Assembly: GCA_965220065.1 (NCBI GenBank)
Contig: OZ244804.1
Location: 1,050,227-1,114,226, forward strand
DNA from: Candidatus Poribacteria bacterium
Lineage (GTDB): Bacteria > Poribacteria > WGA-4E > WGA-3G
DNA: 64,000 nucleotides
Direction of reading: 5' to 3'
The notes under the pieces are model-generated. The model was given only the letters and a program-made list of their open reading frames with translations, was not told where the DNA came from and searched no databases. The translations under genes were made by a program, and so were the position numbers. Shown piece after piece: positions 58,666-64,000 of this stretch. Within the stretch, counting starts at the first letter, position 1, and the number at the start of each line of letters is the position of its first letter.

Positions 58666-58923
58666 GCGTTAATTATAGTTGAAACACTGCATGTTGTCAA
58701 ATTTTGCTGTTCTGTGTGAGGTTCTCACCCTACCCTTTCCAGCCTTATGATAGAGCTGAATCATAACAATTGTTGCTTTTTCTTGAAAAAATCGTTAAAT
58801 TCCTTTAAAATTCTTGAAACGTGGTTAGAACAATGTGCCTGTTTCTTTTTCGGTATAGCGGATTCGAGCAAAGAACGTTAAAGCACAAACTCACCTCATT
58901 TAACCGCAAGGAATACTAAAAAA

Positions 58924-59712
58924 ATGGTTGAACTTACACGGGAAGACATTGAATTTTTCAGAGATGAAGGGTACCTGGTGAAACGGAATGTTCTTAATCC
59001 AGAGTTAATGGAAAGGGCACGGACAAGACTCTGGGATGGTGCGCCTGAAGGACGCAGACGCGAGGATCCTGAAACATGGGTCGGTCCCTTCACACCAGAA
59101 GAAGAAAACCCCGATGGAAATAATCACCGACGCGGATTTCGATGGAATTTCCGTGAACCCGGTGGCGAAGATTGGATGGTTCAGCTGCTTGCTACCGATC
59201 CAAACGTTTGGCGGATGGCAGAGCAATTTTTGGGTGAGGGAAATTTGACGCAACCCGACCGTGTGCGTGGTATCTATTGTACTCTACCTTACGGTGATAT
59301 CCCGAAGAAATCGATCGGGTGTCACGTAGACGCGCATCCGTTTCATCTCGGTGCCGTCGGTTATATTGACGATGTGCCGCCGGAGGGTGGCGGATTTACG
59401 GTCTGGCCCAAGAGCCATAAAATCTTCTATTACGATTACCATTCCCAATACAAGAACGAACCGACACCGCAATACGAAATCGACCGCGAGCGTCTCAGCA
59501 AAGAGCAGGGCGTTGAATGCTACGGGAACGCAGGGGATGTCGTCTTCTGGCACCATCGGATCGGTCACGCTGCGGGGCATAACTACTCGCGGCAGATCCG
59601 GCAAGCCGTGCTATACGACTTTCGGAAAACGGAGTTAGAGCATACCCAAGAGGAACCGCCAAACGAGGATATGTGGCGGGATTGGCCCGGCATCAAGGCA
59701 TTGGATTTTTAA
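58924..59712 (+). CDS. Phytanoyl-CoA dioxygenase (PhyH) family protein
   Basis: FRDEGYLV, HVD, GFTVWPKSH, AGDVVFWHHRIGH. Confidence 0.85.
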   Translation: MVELTREDIEFFRDEGYLVKRNVLNPELMERARTRLWDGAPEGRRREDPETWVGPFTPEEENPDGNNHRRGFRWNFREPGGEDWMVQLLATDPNVWRMAEQFLGEGNLTQPDRVRGIYCTLPYGDIPKKSIGCHVDAHPFHLGAVGYIDDVPPEGGGFTVWPKSHKIFYYDYHSQYKNEPTPQYEIDRERLSKEQGVECYGNAGDVVFWHHRIGHAAGHNYSRQIRQAVLYDFRKTELEHTQEEPPNEDMWRDWPGIKALDF

Positions 59713-59833
59713 TTATACCTTGCGGGTCGGTCAAGTGGGTTGATAGTTTCACGTTCTTTTCCGTAGACCTGAAGAAATTGAGGAAATTGAGGAAACACCC
59801 CAGCAAAAACCCTGCGCCGATGTTGCAGGCTAC
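59710..59833 (-). repeat. Full copy of family A element
   Basis: Reverse strand: GTAGCCTGCAACATCGGCGCAGG...GACCCGCAAGGTATAATTA; its end overlaps the TAA of the PhyH gene. Confidence 0.8.
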
Positions 59834-59840
59834 GTTTATT

Positions 59841-60662
59841 TCACCGTAGACCTAACGCTTTCAATGTGCTCGCCATCATGTCGTGAGCGATTTGTGCCTT
59901 CTCCATCCGCATGTGTGGGAACGTTTCCACCGAAATGTACTTATCGTAACCGACTTTCCCTAAACTCTCGGCAAAGGTTCGGAAATCCAACTCATCTCCC
60001 TCCTCTCCTGGAATTAGGAAGGTGCTATAGGGATACATTCCTGTCACGCCTTTTACATGGCAATGCGTAGTGAGCGGTCCCAGTTTTTCGGTGACTTCGG
60101 CGATGTCTTCACCAAGATGGTAGAAATTGGTAATGTCGTTGAGGGATCTTAAGGCATCAGAGCCGACGTGTTCAATCAGAAGCGTGACTTTTGAAGAGGT
60201 ATCGATTGTCGTTGCTTCGTGATTGTGAATGTTCATCGTGATACCGAGTTTCTCGGCGCGTCGGCAGATTGGCTTCAAGACATCAACAAGGAGTCGCCAT
60301 GCGAAAGCGTCGCCTTTCTCGCTGCCATACCCAGTGAGGAAATTAACGCCACCCGCCCCAAGTGCAACCGCCACGTCTTGAAGCAGCGCGTAATGGTCAA
60401 CCGCGCCCTGCTGGTCTTCTGCTGCCAGTTGGTATAGACCTCCTCCAGTAAACGGATTAATAACAGAAACTTTTAATCCGCTATCGGTTACCATTGTTTT
60501 GACCTCTTTGAGCAGACCATCGGTAACCTCATCAGAGCGGATATGCGCTTCTGGTCCGCACATCATCTCAATTGCATCATAGCCTGCATCGGCGAGAATC
60601 GTGATAACTTCTTGTAGAGGGATGTCTTTCATCCCACCAGCATGATAAGAGATACCAATCAC
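59841..60662 (-). CDS. Sugar phosphate isomerase/epimerase (AP endonuclease 2 TIM barrel)
   Basis: AGYDAIE, IHNHE, DITN, HCHVKG, ISVE. Confidence 0.85.
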   Translation of the reverse strand: MIGISYHAGGMKDIPLQEVITILADAGYDAIEMMCGPEAHIRSDEVTDGLLKEVKTMVTDSGLKVSVINPFTGGGLYQLAAEDQQGAVDHYALLQDVAVALGAGGVNFLTGYGSEKGDAFAWRLLVDVLKPICRRAEKLGITMNIHNHEATTIDTSSKVTLLIEHVGSDALRSLNDITNFYHLGEDIAEVTEKLGPLTTHCHVKGVTGMYPYSTFLIPGEEGDELDFRTFAESLGKVGYDKYISVETFPHMRMEKAQIAHDMMASTLKALGLR

Positions 60663-60728
60663 TGTTTCAGCTCCTTCTGTCTTTTACTCTTTTTAATGCG
60701 GTTTGTTTGAGCGCGACTGTTTTTCTAA

Positions 60729-61673
60729 TCATCGCTCTCTTATGAAGAGTGAACCATCCTGCGTGGCGCATATCAGTTTTTCACCATCTGCTGAAAAAGT
60801 CAATTCCCGAATGGGACCCTCCTGCACAGGAAACACAGATATAGGAGTGCCACCACTCGTTTCCCACAACTGAACATAGTTATCCCTCCCTCCGCTCACG
60901 AGCAACGCACCGTCGGTAGAAAATGCCAACGCACTGACCGAGTCGGTATGTCCCCGTAATATAGTGAGCAAGTGCTTGTTTTCCAAATTCCACAGCCGAA
61001 CAAGTGTGTCCGAACCACCACTCACCAGCGTCTCACCCTCAGGTGCAAAAGCCAAAGCCAAGACAAGTCCGTCATGTGCCGAAAAGGTGGACAGCAGACC
61101 ACCCGTTTCGACTTCCCACAAGCGAATCTTGCCATCCGCACTTCCACTGGCGAGCGTTGTTCCATCCGGTGAAAACGACAGACTTCTAATTCGTCCTGGT
61201 GCTTCAGTGGAAGCAGCAAGTAATCGCTCTGTGCGTGGATCCCATCCAGGAAGCGGAACACCATCAGGTGAAGATGATGCTAATGCGTTCACCAGATTAG
61301 AATCCCCAGCCAGTGTTAGAACTTCGCGAGCCGTGGCAGTATCCCAGATCCTGAGCGTATTGTCTTCGCTCCCACTGGCGAGCAGAGAATTATCTGGAGC
61401 AAATGCCAATGCCCGCATGTGCTCCGTGTAACCTGAGAGCATTGCGAATTGGGCTCCAGTGGCGGTGTCGTATATCCAGATACGCCCATCGCCGCCTGCG
61501 GCGAGCCGCGTGCCATCTGGCGAGAATGTGATAGCCATTACTTGCTTTTTATCGAACCTTGTTTTGAGTCCCGGAGGTAACTCCGATTGGATGCAGTTCC
61601 GAAATATTTCTGTTTTTTCCATTTTTCTAATCACTACTGAAAGTAATGTCCAAATTTTGGTTAAAAGTGGCAA
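60729..61673 (-). CDS. WD40 repeat protein
   Basis: FSPDGTTLASGSADGKIRLWE-type repeats; start may be 61622. Confidence 0.9.
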   Translation of the reverse strand: MPLLTKIWTLLSVVIRKMEKTEIFRNCIQSELPPGLKTRFDKKQVMAITFSPDGTRLAAGGDGRIWIYDTATGAQFAMLSGYTEHMRALAFAPDNSLLASGSEDNTLRIWDTATAREVLTLAGDSNLVNALASSSPDGVPLPGWDPRTERLLAASTEAPGRIRSLSFSPDGTTLASGSADGKIRLWEVETGGLLSTFSAHDGLVLALAFAPEGETLVSGGSDTLVRLWNLENKHLLTILRGHTDSVSALAFSTDGALLVSGGRDNYVQLWETSGGTPISVFPVQEGPIRELTFSADGEKLICATQDGSLFIRER

Positions 61674-61812
61674 CTGGTGTTATCGTATAACACCAAACAC
61701 CAAGCTCGTAACATTGTCCCGTAAGCCTCTATAGGAAACCTGCGCTAGGAGAGCGACTCGAATACAAAAAACACCAAAAACTCAAACCCCACTACCTATC
61801 CGCAAGGTAAAA

Positions 61813-62835
61813 TCAAAGAATCCAATCTAAAACGACACCTGTATACACATTCGGTTCGTTGAGGAGTCCGTCATAAGCCTGCTTAATCTGTTCCGGTTTG
61901 AGACGGTGAGAGATTAAAGGCTCAACGTGCAATTGTCCGCGTGCCATCCAGTCAAAGATAGTTTGCTGTTTGCTCCATTGAGAGGTACGATTTCCGATGT
62001 CCGGGTACATCGGCACACACCATTCCAATGCGCCACGGATGGTAATCCATCGCAGATGGGTTTCGGAGAGCAGATCGGTTAGGTTCCCTTGGACTTCGAC
62101 GCGCGGCGAACCGAGGATGATGAGTTGTCCGTGGTTAGCCGTGGCGCGAAGTGCTTGCATAACAACGCCACTATGTCCAACAGCATCGACCGTAATATCA
62201 CCAAGTTCACCACCGGTAATTTCCTCAACTTGTGCTTGTGCCTTGTCAGCAGCACCACCGACGGTATGGCGAATCCCACACCGCTGTGCAAGTTCCCGTC
62301 TTTCTTTCACCGGATCGACACCAATCACGCGACATCCGTGAATCTGAAACATCTGTGATGCTAAATTCCCAACAAGCCCCAATCCAAAGACAACGACCCA
62401 TGGGTTCGCCCCGATTTCTCCGACAACTATTGCGGTCATTGCAACGCCTGCCATTCGTGAGGCTGCAACCACGCCCGGATCCACTGCCTCCCTAACAGGC
62501 GTGACCAACCGATCTTGTGAATACTGAATCGTTGAAGCGTGCCGCCCGTATGTGAAAACCCGATCACCGGGTGCAACACGGGTAACACCAGTACCGACTT
62601 CACGCACAATGCCAACATTCGCGTAACCAGAACGCCACGGGTATTCACACCATTCTCCCTTCTGGAAAACTTTAGGTTCTCTTCCCGTATAGTTTGCCAG
62701 TTCCGTACCGCTACTGATAAAGGTGTATTCTGTGTCTATCAATAATTCGTTGGAACCGAGCACCGGTGCATCTATATCAGCAGTCTGGAGCTCCACTTGG
62801 TTCTGACCTGTTACAACAACCTCTCTGATTTTCAT
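61813..62835 (-). CDS. MDR-family (zinc-binding-type) dehydrogenase
   Basis: ISSGTE, GYANVG, GLGLVG, DAVG. Confidence 0.85.
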   Translation of the reverse strand: MKIREVVVTGQNQVELQTADIDAPVLGSNELLIDTEYTFISSGTELANYTGREPKVFQKGEWCEYPWRSGYANVGIVREVGTGVTRVAPGDRVFTYGRHASTIQYSQDRLVTPVREAVDPGVVAASRMAGVAMTAIVVGEIGANPWVVVFGLGLVGNLASQMFQIHGCRVIGVDPVKERRELAQRCGIRHTVGGAADKAQAQVEEITGGELGDITVDAVGHSGVVMQALRATANHGQLIILGSPRVEVQGNLTDLLSETHLRWITIRGALEWCVPMYPDIGNRTSQWSKQQTIFDWMARGQLHVEPLISHRLKPEQIKQAYDGLLNEPNVYTGVVLDWIL

Positions 62836-63173
62836 TGTGAATTTTGCTCTCCTAATTGCTTTAATTCTTCTGACTTAATCTTGCGGATCAGGGCTTGCAT
62901 CCGTTTGTATCTGAAAAGCCCGACGAAGAAGGTCGCAATGCCGAGCAAAATAAAGATGATACCGATCACCTCAACGATATATGAACTAAAAATTTCTTTG
63001 AGATGTACAAAGGATAAGCCCGCAACGAACAACGTTAACGCCGTGCGGATATAGGCGAGAAAGGTTCGCTCATTAGCGAGGATAGTCCGATCCGCGGCGA
63101 GATGGTCTCGCAAGATAAGTTGGTCTTCCAGTCCTGTGTAAGGTGTTGGTTTCTCTGGCATTGGCTTGTTCAT
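62832..63173 (-). CDS. DUF202 (YidH-like) membrane protein
   Basis: RDHLAADRTILANERTFLAYIRT. Confidence 0.88.
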   Translation of the reverse strand: MNKPMPEKPTPYTGLEDQLILRDHLAADRTILANERTFLAYIRTALTLFVAGLSFVHLKEIFSSYIVEVIGIIFILLGIATFFVGLFRYKRMQALIRKIKSEELKQLGEQNSQ

Positions 63174-63296
63174 TTTTTGTTCCTTGCGGTTAAACAACAC
63201 GAGATTGGCGTTTGACTTACCTTTTCGTTTCAGGCTTGGGGTTCGGTTTTAAGATCTCACTGCGAAACCAGTACAGCATGATCGGAAACCTAAAAG

Positions 63297-63629
63297 TTAA
63301 AAAAAGAGATTCAATACAATGACACCGGCAAGCCATCCGTAGAAAGTCCAAAGACCCCGTAACCTTTTTGCTGTACGCTGGTATTCCACCGTGTAACATG
63401 CGGGATCTTGGAAATAGATCGTCAGTCGTTTTGGCGTGGACAAGTCAATTTTGGGTGCGAATGTGCCCATCACAACGATACTTATACCAAGTAGCACAAT
63501 ATTGATTGTGGGCAGGATACTGAGAACCGCGCCAAATACTGTCCAACGCCATCTTGAAACCTTACGGGACGCATCACCCCGTGCGACGCGAATCAGCGAT
63601 GCGGATGGTATCCTTGTTTCTGGAGCCAT
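63297..63629 (-). CDS. Small hypothetical membrane protein
   Basis: Two hydrophobic segments; co-oriented with neighbours. Confidence 0.5.
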   Translation of the reverse strand: MAPETRIPSASLIRVARGDASRKVSRWRWTVFGAVLSILPTINIVLLGISIVVMGTFAPKIDLSTPKRLTIYFQDPACYTVEYQRTAKRLRGLWTFYGWLAGVIVLNLFF

Positions 63630-63710
63630 GCGTGAGGTCCGGATTGGAACGCGAGACTTGTTTGTTCCGCTCTCTTATCTTGTAGAGACGTTTTCTGCGC
63701 ACAACACGCA

Positions 63711-63998
63711 TCAGTCCTCATAACGTAGATTTTTCCCGTTATCGGGACCGCCTTGATGCCAAACCCAGACGTTGCGAAAATATGCCTGTTTCTCCGGAGG
63801 CAATCCTTCAATCACGTGCTTTGGCACCGATGGTTTATGAAATTGACAGCCGACGAAGTTATAACAATTAAAAATAGCTATCCGCGGTCGATTTGGATTT
63901 TGCCACGCAACCCCAGAATGACAAAGGTTTTCCGTGAAGATAATGACGGAACCTGGAGGACAACTGTACGTTTCAAAGAGCGGCGAATCTGTCTGTCG
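63711..63998 (-). CDS. C-terminal part of a PhyH-family dioxygenase (runs off window; absent from ORF track)
   Basis: Manual translation: ...YSCPPGSVIIFTENLCHSGVAWQNPNRPRIAIFNCY...RYED*. Confidence 0.75.
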   Translation of the reverse strand, partial: RQTDSPLFETYSCPPGSVIIFTENLCHSGVAWQNPNRPRIAIFNCYNFVGCQFHKPSVPKHVIEGLPPEKQAYFRNVWVWHQGGPDNGKNLRYED

Positions 63999-64000
63999 AT

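Overview
Bacterial chromosomal window. Dockerin plus YPNPFNPETWIPY C-terminal domains, many internalin-type LRR genes, PhyH dioxygenases and DUF6785/DUF5916-type proteins suggest Candidatus Poribacteria (inference). Three zones are visible. (1) 1-17.0 kb: a mostly co-oriented array of exported LRR, FGE/C-type-lectin, ankyrin-metalloprotease, TPR and Cys-rich proteins assembled from shared, recombined modules. It has two sigma-54 promoters with a shared upstream activator repeat and a hicBA pair. The three FGE genes end in equal-length 129-nt segments with a DGR-like NNC variation pattern and an identical 22-nt tail, but no reverse transcriptase or template repeat was found in the window. (2) 28.2-34.8 kb: a defence island (helicase-less Type ISP-like R-M fusion, Phd-like + HNH pair, nuclease truncated by a degenerate IS3) bracketed by colinear 118-bp imperfect inverted repeats. 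(3) Metabolic and envelope genes (adk, xylA, two Omp85 proteins, TRAP-T, split corrinoid methyltransferase genes, dehydrogenases), dense with two small repeat families. These sit at start/stop codons and are also inserted in frame inside several proteins. No rRNA, tRNA or CRISPR array was recognised. All product calls come from motif recognition by eye, not database searches.
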